Shown here in pieces: positions 51,350 through 64,000 of a DNA stretch of 64,000 nt (positions are counted from its first letter, which is position 1; each line of letters opens with the position of its first letter). Where the stretch lies: positions 64,294,001-64,358,000 of the forward strand of contig CM060731.1 of the NCBI GenBank assembly GCA_030704615.1, in the 5' to 3' direction. Both the position numbers and the translations under genes were made by a program. Below the pieces are notes generated by a model. The model saw only the letters and a program-made list of their open reading frames with translations, searched no databases and was not told where the DNA came from. Source of the stretch: Takakia lepidozioides. Lineage: Eukaryota > Plantae > Bryophyta.

Positions 51350-52110
51350 TTGGTTGAAGGCCGCGAGATTGGGGGGGGGGGGGGGGTTGTTGGAAACAAT
51401 ATGCAGATGTTTTTAGAGCAGTCAGACATCCATCCTCGCAAAATTTGCTGCAGAGTGGGCTTATCTTGGAATATTGTACGAGCGTGAGGGAAACAATATC
51501 TCCTGGTCACGTGGACCTCATCTCCACTGGTGAATCCCCCAGGCACTGGGCCTCTCCTGGAGAACCCGAGGACAGAGACATTAATTGGAGGCATAGGAAG
51601 AATAGGGACTCAAAGGTGAACGCATATCTCAATTTCGAAGCTCTCAGGGAGAAACGTGGCTAGTTTTAGACTTAGTCTTTATCGGGAACAATTCTTCCTA
51701 CTCCCATTCTGCTGGTTCTTCCCTTCTTTTCTGGCAGCTGCTGTTGTTGTCTTGTTATGCCTTTCCTGGTGACTCACCATGGAAATTCTTCTTGTTTCTG
51801 TAGCTTAGTTCAAACTTAACACTCGGCCTTCCCTGTGCAGTCTTCAGTTTTTTGGCTTATGTTCAGATGATGCTGCACAGCTTTTTGTTCTTGGTAAGAT
51901 CTGATACAGGCGGGGCTTGTAGCTCGCTGGTAAAACAATTACTTAGGTGTGAGAGTAGAGTTTAACCCTCAGTGGTTGGTTTCAGGGTGATACCCATATC
52001 GCTTGCGATGTAATGCCTCATGGCCTCTTGTCTTGGTTATTTTCTCCAAGACACCTTTTAATATGATTTAAAGGGCCTCCTCCCCTTTCGTTAGAAAGAA
52101 AAAGAAAAAA
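51350..52110 (+). mobile_element. Probable LINE 3' end with A-rich tail
   Basis: Short ORF end at 51663, T-rich UTR-like stretch, ...CCCCTTTCGTTAGAAAGAAAAAGAAAAAA at ~52082-52110. Confidence 0.35.
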
Positions 52111-53289
52111 CCCACCACAAGCTAGAGTGTGTATAAAACAAGGACTCTATGGTTCACCCCCGAGCTTCTTATATAGTTCTAGCTAGGCTAAAAACAATCT
52201 ATAAAAGACTTGTTTTTTTACACCTACTCTCTTTATATAAAAAAGTAGTCCCACACTGGACTTACTTTTCCTTTAATTAAAAACATCTCCATACATAGAG
52301 TTACTTTTAATGTGTCTATCTTTGTTTGTTAGTCAAGTTGTAAATTCGTTGAATATGGAGCTGTTATTCCAACACCTACAACGCAAATTAGAGACGAAAC
52401 AAACGCCGCTGAGCCGACGAAAACCTGCATAATTTAAAACACATGCAGAGTTAGCCGACGAAACCTACACCCGAACAATCACCGCAATTAACCCCTACTC
52501 CCTCGTGTCCCGGAGCTTCTCTCTCCTAACTCCCCGAGAAGCAACAACCTCACTCACAACGCAATCAGCAACGCGATCCTCCCTTCTACACACAAGTAAC
52601 GGTCCAACACCACTCCCAAACACTCCCTCCAAAACCTAGACACAACCACACCTCAATCTCTCATACCTCACTCCAAAACTCAACAACTCCACTCCACCAC
52701 AACGCTTAACCTATCCACAACCTCGCACTGATGCTTTACAAATTTTCAGAAGTGCTTTACGGAGGGAGGAAGGGGAAGAAGATGATGGCAAGATGATCAC
52801 TAACTACTTTGTAGGTGGGTCCATCAGTTAGGCGGTTAGGGGTTGATATGTTGATGACATTGTAAAGTGGGGAAGTCGAGTCCATGGAATGTATGCGGGC
52901 CCAGAGATAAAAGACGATGGATCCAACTTTTGACTTTTCAGTGATAACGGTGCAGTGCGATCTGCTTTATGCTTTATATGCTGTAAAGTAAGGCTGCCAT
53001 TTTGGACATTTCACATCCAACAGATAGCTTTGAGTTGGAGACTGGTAGGTGCACATTTTACTCTCCACAATTGTGTTTTGATTCTTTGACAGTCCTTCAT
53101 TAGAATTGCAGAGTTGTAGGGGATGGCGACACTTCAGCTGGTACACGTTTTGCACGTTGCAACCCGAGTGTGGGCCATTGAAGAAGGGAGTGGAGTTCTA
53201 CAAACACCTTTATTGTGCATCCACATATCACATGTAAGGTCACCTTTGTCCTTTTGGGCCCTCTGTTCTACCCACATGAACGGAGTTTA

Positions 53290-54030
53290 GGGCATAGGGT
53301 TCCCACTCTGGTCAAATACTCGGAATGAAGACATACAGAATTTACATGATAATAGAGAGATTTTAGAGCTGTTAGCTTGTCTAAACTTTGGGGATATCAT
53401 TCTGCAACAGTAGCACAGTATGAAACATCATGTCCTCTTAGAGAACGTTGAGGTCTCCTAGAAAAAAATGTCACAAGCCCATTAGGGCTAGCAGGCATTT
53501 GCAAATAATGTACCCTAGCACCACTATTTGGTTCAACAGAGTTTCCACTCTGGTCAATACACAGAATGAAGACAACATAATTTACATGATAATAAAGAGA
53601 TATTAGGGCAGTCAGCTTGTCTAAACGATGGGGATATCATTCTGCAACAACAGCACAATATGAAACCTCATATGCTCTTAGAGAATTGTTAGCACAAGCA
53701 ATTATTTCCCAGAAAGAAATGTGGCGGGCCCATAAGGGCCAGCAGGCATTTGCAATAATTTCCCTAGCACCAGGGTTCCCACTCTGGTCAAATACATAGA
53801 ATTCGGAAGACACCAGAATTGACATGATAATACAGCGATTTTAGAGCTGTAGCTGGTCTAAACAAGGGGATGTCATTCTGCAACAGTAGCACAACATGAA
53901 ACCTCATATGCTATTAGAGAACCGTTATGGAACCATTAGGACAAGCAATTTTAATTCTCCTAGAAAGAAATGTCACAAGCCCATTAGGGCCAGCAGGCAT
54001 TTTGCAAATTAATGTACCCTAGCACCAGAG
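53290..54030. repeat. Diverged tandem repeat, 3 copies of ~240 bp
   Basis: CCACTCTGGTCAA...GAAGACA...ACATGATAATA...CATTCTGCAACA at about 53300, 53542 and 53775. Confidence 0.9.
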
Positions 54031-54466
54031 CAAATCCAGTTTAGCACTTCACACCACACTATAGTCGGGCTCATCACCCTTACAGCATAAAAAAACCCAA
54101 TAAGGCTACATATGCAACTGTTGTTAATGCAGGCCAAGTATTTCTTCCCCCTCTAGAGAGATGGGAATGCTGTAGCCAGTGTATGAAAGCACAAAATTCT
54201 ATACATGTTAGAAGTATCTGACTGACAATTGGGAAGGTGATCAAGCATTTCTTCCTGTCAAAGGTGGGGTGGGTATACAGGAATGCTACAGCTGGTGGAA
54301 TGAAATCAGCTCAAATTTCTGTACATGTTGCAAGTATCTGACTGACAATTGGGAAGGTGATCTAAAGGGACCCAATAGTGTGCTGGGATTGACCTGCCAG
54401 CAATTCACTCCCTACTGCTGTACACTTGATAGTAACACCTATTGGCTAAACCTACTTGTGACAGCC

Positions 54467-57400
54467 TTAATAATAACGATCTCTCTTCACCCCATTTGGA
54501 GCCATTTTCTTCTCTTTGAAAACTGGTTTCTTAAACTGGAACCTTCCTACCCCACCTGCCACCCACACTAGGAAACTCAACAGTCCAATCACGACAGCAC
54601 TAACAACACTAAAATTAAAAATGACTGTGTTGGAGTGGGGGGCTAAGTCGTGCTCAATCCAAGCATGAATCACTTTATTGCGAGTGGCAGCACTGAGAAC
54701 GACCCCATTCGCAACTTCAGAGGCTGATGTTGTACTCTTGCGGTTTGACTGGGCGTTGTCCAGATGATGGCGTGCTACAGCATAGGCTGCATGCTTGAAT
54801 CCAAATGTATAGCGAGGACCAGGCCACAAACATTTCCGAGACCAGAAGGTGCGTGACTTCCACAAATTATGCCATGTCATTTCACAGTCCTGTAACCCCA
54901 CACACAGGTAGATATTGTAAAGAAGCCCGTCTCAGTCCATAGACCTGCCCCAATGCATCAAGGCTCTTTTTCTAACACAGTAGTGGTCACTCACTAGGGA
55001 GATTTCAATGGCATTTAAACACGCCTCATTAACTGAGCCCATACATTGCCAGATATGGAGAGTCTATCATGCTGTCTTCACATATGGTCATGCACGATAG
55101 GCAGAGGGAGAGATGACACCCACGAACACTGAAACAAACCTGCATGTGGAGCTCCTTGTACGCATCCATGAGAGGATCATAGCAAAAGGCCGCCATCAAA
55201 GCTGTGTTCCTCTTGAGCAAGCGTTCGTGAGTTTCACGTATGTTCTGCACCAGTTCCTTCCTCTTCTCTTCTACTGCATTCACTGATGAGAATTCTCTTA
55301 CCGAAGAAGAGAAATTTTCCAGTGCCTGCTTGGCCAGGTTGTCTGCCTGCCAAATATTTGCCAATAGAATTAGCTGTGGAGCATGATGCACCCCCAAAAA
55401 CTAACTACCAACTGTTCAGTTAAATACACTGTCCAGGACAAATAGTGGACTATTAGTTGGTTGGTTGACCAACCAACGAATAGCACAAATAGTCCAGGAC
55501 AAATAGTGACTCCAGGAACATATTAACTGAACATTTCAAATGCATATGCCACACATCAGTCGAAGTGGCAACAAGTCCCATGTCGTCCGTTTCATCATCA
55601 TGTTGGGGCACATACAGGACACAAGGGCCAACTGATCTTTATGCAAAAATCAATCTTAGAATGCAATGTGTGAACTTTTCAATAATTTCCGATGGACTGC
55701 TCAAACTGAGTATCACAGAAAATAGATCCAATCATGCATTCCTTTCACGTATTCCCTACCTCCCGCTTGGGGCCCACAACCAGAAACAAAGCACTTGTGA
55801 ATGTTGAAATAAAGCAACTGTCAAATTGGAAGGGGCAAACCTTAGCAGTCACAACTTCATCGTTATCAGGAAATGGAGAGATAGCTGCCACTGCGTCTTT
55901 ATATTGAACAGCTAGATCGGCTGCCCGAAGCTCTGAGTATGCTAGAATCATCTTCTCATTTTGTGCCTGTATAATCACAGGCAGGTCACTCTCCCCTCCC
56001 ATTGCAAAAGGTAGAGAAACAACACTACCACTGGAAACACACAAATATGTATAATGGAAAAGAGTTCCTCTTGTAATGTTGAATTCCTGGACGTAAGTGG
56101 ATCACTTGAGGAGGGAATTAACAGGAGTGGCCTTGATACCATTGACCCCACTGGACATATCTCTACCATTTGTAATAGCCTCAGTAACACTCTCACAGAC
56201 ACAGTCCTGTTTGTGAGATTGAGCTTTACCCTAAGTGGTTTCAATTTCAAATATAACCTTGAGTGGCGAGGGGTGACATGGAAGAAAATACTACTATGAT
56301 ACAGATAATGCTCAGACCAAGTAAGCCTAATAGCAGTCCAGGATTGACGTGCAGTATTCCACTGCCAATCTCATCATTTGGCTTGCCAGCCAAACCCGGA
56401 GAGAGTGAGACCCCAGAGAGCAGACTGAGAAACAGATACATAGCAAGAAAAGACATACAACAAGTGAGGTACACACCCAAAGCTCCTCAAAGCGTTGCTT
56501 CGACCACTGCAAACAGCTGTACATATGGAAGTCGTAGCGCTCATTGCCAGGCCCCACCCATGGGAGCCCCGAAGCTCTCACTGCTGCTGCAAATGCCTCT
56601 TGCCCAGTTTTGATGCCTGCTTTGTTGATCTCTACCAGTCTCTTGGGTGCAATGGGCTTTATCTTGTCCTCCTGGAGTGTACTTTCAGGCCCATCTACAG
56701 CTTGCCCTTCTTTGACATCACAGACCCTGATTACCTCAGCTGTCATGGTACTTCCGTATGAATCTTGAAATGCTTCCCTTCCACGGTTTAATAGAGCTGA
56801 TATTTTTTCCATGTTGATTATGGCTACCCTGTCGCACTTGTTCTGCACTACTGATTGCATCTGTTTGCAAGCTTCCTCGTACAACTGGCTACCACGGTGT
56901 GCGCCCACCAGGGCCGCATACCTGTGATGCCAACCCCAGAGAAAATATCAATAGAAACTTTTGTGCGTGGTTCAGACATGAAGTAGCAAGAATAGAAGTG
57001 ACACCTTTTCTCACCCACTCCAGGTGTACTCCACTTTCTCCTCTTACCTACTCAAATATAGTACCATCAAACCAAGTGGAGTATCGCTACGATGATCCAC
57101 ATCAACATTCAATAAGAGAATACGAAATGCCAAACAAGAGCCCTGGTCTTGACAGTCAAGGTAAGTAAGCACTTCTGATTATCAGGATATGTGATCTGTT
57201 TGACTGCTTGATCCTACTAAAATCGCTCACAGCTAGTGCAACGTACCCACACAGCATAGAACAATAAATAGTAGCGAATGGATAACTAATAAGCTCAAGA
57301 GCTCCTTAGAATAGTAGTAGAAGACAAACCCTTGTAGAACATTTTTTTTGACTAGGTTGCAGTGGCGTTGAAGGTCAGCATCTCGAGTTGGCAACGGCAT

Positions 57401-60400
57401 CTCGTCCACTTCCTTCTCTGCAGAGGCCCATAAGCCTTCACCCAATTGTGCCAGAACCTCCCTTACCCGCCTCTCATTTTCATCCCTGCCCAAAATGATG
57501 TCCATGAATATTGACGCATGCATTTACATGTACAACCATGGCCTGTGGAGCTACTATTCAAGGAGCTTCAGATAAAAGCTTAGATACCCCACACATTAAT
57601 GAGTCCTCAAACTGTGATGGGGAAAGACCGCTAAGTGAGCTAAACAAGCAGGGAGAGTTTTGCACCAACCTGAACTGGCGCTTCATTCGTCCTATTTTCA
57701 CGGCAAGTTGTGCATCACAAGTTGGATTCACTAGTCCAGGTGGCACCCCCACACATCGCTGTTTACAATACCCAATTGCCTTGTTTTCTGCCACACCAAG
57801 TTACTCCTACATGAGCCACAAAGCTGCCAGACTGGCTCAGGCCTCTGGCAGCACTAGTAGAGCAAGTGAGCAAACTACCCCTCCTACAAGTACAGGCGCT
57901 TCAGATCTTCACACATCAGAGAACATGTGCATCAACATTTATGAACAAGTCAATTACCATCTTAGTTAAGCATGAGAAAGTTGAGACAGAATAGCAATGG
58001 ATGAGTAATAAAGAAGAAAGGAGGTACCGGCAGAAGCCATCAACTTCTCGAGCTCTTCTGAAGTAAGGGCTGATGTAGCCAATCCTGACAGCAAACTCTT
58101 CCTTTCCAACTTTGCAAGGGCTTGATTTGTTCCTTTGCCTCTACCTTTATCCAGCATAGAGGGTTCTTGCATGGACATTTGAAAATACTGTACTCCGCCT
58201 GAGAAAGCTCCATCAACGACAATATCCAACAACATATCTCTCAATTTCCGCTCTGCATTCAAAGGGAAGTCCTCATTGACGTAGTGGACCAGGAGCGGCA
58301 GAAGTCCTGCTATGGTTTTACCAGTGAAATTTCCATCCCCCTTTGCCTTCACATTCCCAAAGACTCCTGCTCGTAGACCATTGATGTCGAAAAGATATTT
58401 AGGGTGCAAATACGAGTAGAGCTCTGTGTTGGCGGCTAGGCCCTCACCTCCAACCTGCAGTAAGAAACCAGTTTGAATCCATTCTTTGTTATCAGACAAG
58501 GTGGCAGTACTGTGCAAGGGAAGAAGCAAGAATTACTTAATCCAAGTTAAGGAGCAGAAGGCTTAATCCAGTTTCTTCAAATGCACTTCTACTGCAGCCT
58601 TCACTTTCTTTCAGCCTTTGCATCACACATAACCTTTGGTCTCACAGATCGCTCTTCATTAAGTAGTCTTGAAGGATGGTATGCCACAATTTGGAACTAC
58701 AGAGTGTTTTCAGCCGACAATACTACAAGTCATCATGTAATTGTCTCATCTATGAATAGATGATTTCAGGCTTCCAGTGAACCAGAAGATCAATATTTGG
58801 ACAGATAAGTTGGTTCTGATAGAAACCTTTATAGGAAGCCCATTCTCAAGCTAACTGAGTGGCAAGACCTTGTAAAACATTCACTGATGCATCGAGAACA
58901 ACATGATGACAAAACATAGGATGCAGATACCTGTTCGCGCAGCTGGTTCATATCAGTTGGAGTCCGAATAGTGTGGCATGATATACCCTTGGTAAAGAGA
59001 GTATCCAGTGTGCGGTCACCTGTATGAGCGTGGGCCTCCAAGTATCTCTGAAGGTGGTCTTTCGGAGTTTGCGAGTGTAGATCAATGTCAAAACCTTGCA
59101 CTACCCATGTCAGTGGAGGAAAATCAAGCGTCTTCAGCAGCAGGAATGGGTCAACGTCTGTTTGTGATGAGGAAGGTTGCTGATCTGCACCAATGTAGAT
59201 GGTTAGATGTCATCCACAAAGCTTTGGGGGTATGGCAATGATGCTCAATTGCATGATTGAAACACAGGACTACTAGGCAGGAATGTACTAGTACACACAT
59301 ATTGTATGTAGAGTATACTAGTACCAAACCGTACTGTTACCATTCTTTTGAACGGAAATAGATTCATGAGCCTGCACAACAAGGGAAGGAGAGAGAGACA
59401 AACCAGAAGATGCAATTGAAGTATGAAGCCAGTTCTGAAGGTTGAAAACTTGAGCCTGCTTTGCAAGGTCGGCTAATGCGCTCACAGACTGTGCATCCCC
59501 TGCCCCAAACCATAACAACTGAACGTTACTGCCATCAACTGAACTGCACGCAAAAGTGCTGTTGGGATTACGTAAGCTACAATAAATGCCTCAAATTAAA
59601 CCCAACAATTGATTTCTAAGAGAAGAAACACCAGTATTCAGAGGCCAGTGATGATGTACCCTTAAACCATGGTTCATGTTTACTCAACTCCCCAACAGGT
59701 TGTGGTGTTTGGAGAGAGAGACAAAGACACAGAGTAGAAGGTTCTCAAAGTGCCTTGCTCTTCTCTAATACTGTGAAGATTAAAAATGGATAAAGCCCTA
59801 AACCCTGAATTCTACCAACTCAGCTAGCTTGTAACCAGTTTTGATTCAGAACTATCCCATAGATACCAATCTGTTAGCTGAAAAACGTACCCACCAAATC
59901 CAAAACCTACCCAGAGTCCGAAGAGTGTTGTAGATGAGATGAGAGCTCAACAGAGTGGCAACCGCAAAGATGCGTGCATCATACAACCGTGTGGCACCTT
60001 CTCCATAGAATCCTTCAGTATCTAATAGAACAATCCTCGAGCCATCCACACCAGTCACTGTCTCCCTGGCTAGAATGCGAATCCATATACCATGAGTCTC
60101 AGGTTCCGGCACAGCACCGACACGAAACCCAAGTGTCGAGTTGAGTAGGACGTTGAGGAGAAATGATTTCCCACTGCAGCCAAAGAACATAACATGTTGA
60201 TTTACTTGGTTTCAGCAACTGTTGTCAATCAAATACAACTGGAAACAAAAGACATCATCAAGGATACAATACTACCTTCGCAGTAATCCCCAGACATCAT
60301 TGGAGGCCAGATGAACAGAATTTCAAAGACGAATCTTTCTCTTTTTCTCACCCTGTTTCAGATACAGATTTTAGGTTTCAAGTTGGGGGTAGAACTCCTA

Positions 60401-60994
60401 AATATGAGATATCTCCAGCACCGCACGTGTATTATGGAAGGAATGGTGCCTCCCTTCTAGACGACTAAAGATAATAATGAGGATAACGACATCAGTCAAA
60501 ACCAAAGGAAACCAGTGAAGATCAAGTGATAAAGCATTAAGAGAACACTATGAGAAAAGCATCTTGCAACCAGGAAAACCATCATGCACAATTTCATACA
60601 GCCAAATGTGAACCAAATTCCGAAAACAATCTGCAGTTTGATGGATGTTCCAAAAACAAGGCATATGACTATACCCATGATATGGACCCACCACCGAGAC
60701 GAACGAAATAGGCTCATCTATGGCAGCCAGCATCTCGACCACCATCTCATTGAGCTCCAGCCGATCATGCCCTGCCCCAGGCTGCAACAGTTGTAACGGC
60801 CTGTCGTCGTCGTCATCCAGGATTTGCATTATGCCATCGCCCCCGATACCTTCTATATGATCAGATTCGAAAACCGTGGTTTCCCCCGGATCGCTACTAT
60901 TTTCTATTGTCAAACCTGGGGAGCAGAAAACCTTTCCTGCAGAACTGGCCATACAGAGCACCAAGACAACAAATACTGAGCTTACGGTGGCCAT
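54467..60994 (-). CDS. Guanylate-binding protein/atlastin-family large GTPase, multi-exon, with signal peptide and C-terminal TM helix
   Basis: ATG at 60994 (MATVSSVFVVLVLCMASSAG). P-loop GPYHG|GKS formed by splicing 60675 to 60173. THGIW, LLDTEG, YDARIFAVATLLSSHLIYN, FPPLTWVVQGF. GT/AG exons continue to the last exon ending 54467 with VIFNFSVVSAVVIGLLSFLVWVAG. Confidence 0.9.
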
Positions 60995-61305
60995 CCATAA
61001 AAATTCTTCAAAACAAATACAACGCCACGAGAGATGTACCGAATGGAGAGTGTCTAATTCGCAGATGCCATGCAAAGCTCAGAACTCTCTCTTCTATCGA
61101 CGATGCGTCTCGGTGGAGAGAGAGAACGAATACGGACAGAACAGTGGTCTCCTTGGATGAATGTTTCCCATAAGTGGATGTGGAATCGTGGTACAAGCCC
61201 TAAACCTCTCAGAGCAATGGTCTCCTTGGATGAATGTTGTCCAAAAGTGGATGTGGAATCGTGGTAAAAGCCCTAAACCTCTGCTCCAGAGGAACAGTAG
61301 CAGCC
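60995..61305. promoter_or_regulatory. Short bidirectional promoter region containing a 73-bp tandem duplication
   Basis: 311 bp between divergent ATGs; duplicated unit TGGTCTCCTTGGATGAATGTT...AAGCCCTAAACCTCT at 61145 and 61218. Confidence 0.6.
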
Positions 61306-63338
61306 ATGGCGAGAGTATTGGCAGCTCGGTGTCTGAGGTTCTACAGCCCCCGAGCTTGCGATTCTATTTTCAAGGTATGACTAAATTGTACTTCCCGATC
61401 AATATGTTTTGAGAGAGAAAGAAAGTTAGAAGACGAGAGGTGGAGGCTAGTAAATTGGTCTTGACACTTGATCCTCCGTGATGCTAGGCTAGTGCAAGCG
61501 ATGAGAGTCACTCAAGGACAGTTCCCAGGTTCCCAGATTCACATGTCAGCAAATTGACATTACGAGTGATTTGTTTTTTCTAAGATCGAGTATAGTTTGT
61601 TATACAAGAAGTATAGATTGGCAGTTAGATTGGCAGATTAGGTTGTGTTGGGTTTCGTCTCTTCCCCACAGTCTTGACTCCAAGACAATGAGGATAGATG
61701 GTCAGAGGGAGGGGGGGGGGGGGGGAAATTATGGGGGGTGTGAATTAGGGTCTGAATACATTATCCTACACGGCTCTGAAGAGAAATTCAGGGGATCGTT
61801 TTGATCTGACTCTGGAGGGAATGCTCTTGCAGATCTAGTCTTGGTTCTCTGTATGTATCAGCTCTAGTGTCGTGTGGTTGTCTGAAGTCTGACGGGCTGT
61901 TAGTGGATAATGCAGGCCATGGAAAAGACTCCTGCATTGTTTTCGGCATCACCGTTGTTACACGAATTGACCAATCCATCGAGATATTACAGGTTTGTTT
62001 CAGCTCCTTCACAATTATGCTGCTCCGTATGTATGATTGCCGAGTGGGTTCGCTCTTTGGTCATTTACAGTGCATTGAAGCAGCCGGCAAAGACGGCCCC
62101 AACAATATAGTTGTAAATTAAAAATACCTTGGTTTCTTCCATTACTACATAGGAATGAAAATCAACCACAGTGAAAATAGTTGATACTATGGGGACCAAA
62201 TTGAAGTGTGTTTAACCTTCCCTTCAATTCCGCAGGACCAAGCAGTTAACAGTGATGCAAGTGCATTTCAGGTCCTGTGCCTTATGTGTTGTTACTCATG
62301 GTCTAATGCATTTGTTGTTATTAGGTTCTCCTGCATCATATATCAGCACTGAACAATTTTAGGTGTGTTTAGCCTTCCCTTCGTTGCCTCACGGTTGAAT
62401 GTGATGCACCTTCACTCCAGGTTCAGTTTCCTGCATGTTCTTGCTTGTGTTCCAAGCATTTGGTTGTAATGTGACTGTCAGCAGAGGAAAATTACAAGGC
62501 TGTATATTCCTAGTGAGGAGTTTGAAAAACCTTGGTGCACTAAAGTCTGAAGTATTGTTTCTATTACTGCAGTTTCGGAGCCGCAGAAGAATCGGAAGAA
62601 TTAGACCAGTGGGTAGGCCCACCAGACAGACGGGTGGAAGGACGTGTACTATGGGAAGCCCCCATTAAGCTTCTATATGATATGCTCCATGAGAAAGGTT
62701 TCATCGATAGGAAGAGGAAGCCTGCACCACTTGATCCCCTGATAGGCCAAGATGACCATCGGATTGTGGCTTGGTATCAGAGTGTAGGTGTTGGGATATT
62801 AGAGTACTATCAATTCTGCGACAATATTAGCAAAGTGAGATCAATCGTCAATTACCAGCTGAGGTGGTCAGCAATATATACGCTAGCCAAGAAGCACAAA
62901 TCCAGCTCCTCTCAGATCATCCAGAGATGCACCAAGAACTTGGTTATCATGAAGGATGGTGTAAGATCGGCATCATTCCTTAGTCCAATAGAAATAAGTG
63001 AGTTTAGGAGGTGCTTCTTATCTACTAATCCTGTCCCTCCAGAGTTGCTCATAGATATGCTCTATGCAAGGTTGATTCGAAGTAAGGCACTTGTAGAACA
63101 TTGTGCAGTTAAGGGGTGTGTAGAGACTAATGTAGAGATGCTCCATGTCCACCAACTAGAAAAAGCAGGGGGCAAGCACAAAGTGCGATCCAGTAGGGAG
63201 GTGAAGATATTAGAGGGCATCAAGGCTATCCGATCCACGCTCAATAGGAATCATATCCCTCTTTGCGCTCATCATCATGATGAACTAGATGAAGGTAAAA
63301 TTTATATGACTGATCTGGATTTGAATGCCCTTATATGA
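61306..63338 (+). CDS. Nuclear group II intron maturase-derived protein (domain X + degenerate HNH, no RT), predicted organelle-targeted
   Basis: Phase-consistent exons 61306-61374, 61916-61992, 62236-62271, 62573-63338. N-terminus MARVLAARCLRFYSPR. Domain X: EAPIKLL...GF...GILEYYQFCDN...LRWSAIYTLAKKHK. C-terminal CAVKGC...EMLHVHQL...NRNHIPLCAHHH. Confidence 0.8.
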
Positions 63339-64000
63339 AAGTGGCTGTAATGTCATGAAAGTGGCTGTAATGACTGTAATGTCGTGAAAGCAATCAGGAT
63401 TGACCCTGGATCTATGTCATCTTGTTGATCACCACCTTTCCTTTTGGAATCACCCTCCATAGACCTGATAAGTTCATTCTAGAAGAACAGTTCCACATTG
63501 CTCAGAGTTGGGCAGGAACAAGCACGGTCACTTACCCCTCCAAGTTTTTTGTCCTCTGTCGGTCTGAAGGTTGACCTTCTTTACTTCTAAGATTGCTCTG
63601 AGAAAGAACCAGCTGTATCTAAATCATAATGTGGAAAATGGAATTTGGAATTTGTTTCTGCAGAAACCTCTTGGAAAGATTGTTGGGTGAGGTTCAGCAC
63701 TTATCATGGACCTGTGTAGGAAGATACTATAAATACTCGCACATCCTGTAATAAGGCAGGCCCATCCTCCCACTGTGGTGTCCATGGGGAGACCCTGCAG
63801 AGTTCTCAAGGAAGTGTTCACCATGTGCAGTGCCTTCTGGGGTCCGCCATCCCCACCCTGTTATGCCTGATGGTCACTGATCTACAAGTAGGATGTCTAG
63901 ATCCATAGGGATCAACATATTCCTCCAGAAGCACTGCATTCACAGATCAAGCAAGTCTGCCCAAAAATTCCATGCTCAAAGCGACGTTGATGTATGCCTT

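Noticed and set aside
62634-63338. Mobile group II intron or NUMT
   Set aside because: No RT domain or intron domain V/VI seen; the ORF is preceded by a spliceosomal acceptor and targeting exons.
63400-64000. 3' part of another gene on the minus strand
   Set aside because: No consistent exon or protein motif could be assembled.

Overview
Eukaryotic nuclear DNA from a land plant, inferred to be a non-seed lineage (spliceosomal introns, PPR and UGT fragments, L1/Ty3/CACTA/Mutator-like elements). Bases 1-52 kb are almost all nested, decayed transposons; 54-64 kb holds two apparently intact head-to-head host genes. (1) ~2-24 kb: a large DNA transposon relic with a Mutator-type DDE transposase (minus) divergent from a multi-exon gene that appears to fuse a ParB/Srx-like domain (DGNHR) to an N4C/N6A beta-class DNA methyltransferase C-terminus. 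The element is studded with an 18-bp palindrome (GTAGTCGG-NN-CCGACTAC). It is interrupted by a 6.5-kb Pack-CACTA (TSD TTA), a 4.8-kb palindrome-array element and an 807-bp CACTA (TSD AAG). (2) 24-36 kb: a related repeated module with its own palindrome, a Ty3 integrase relic and a second copy of the same transposase family. (3) An L1 split by a 3-kb solo LTR (TSD CAGGC). (4) A ~9.5-kb Dualen/RandI-type LINE whose ORF2 reads 2A-like peptide, APE, RT, chromodomain, PCIF1/CAPAM-like methyltransferase fold, RNase H, Zn-knuckle, restriction-like endonuclease. (5) A GBP/atlastin-like GTPase gene with signal peptide and C-terminal TM helix, divergent from an RT-less nuclear maturase gene (domain X plus degenerate HNH) with a predicted mitochondrial presequence. 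All domain calls are by-eye motif recognition. Coordinates not anchored by TSDs or splice sites are approximate.
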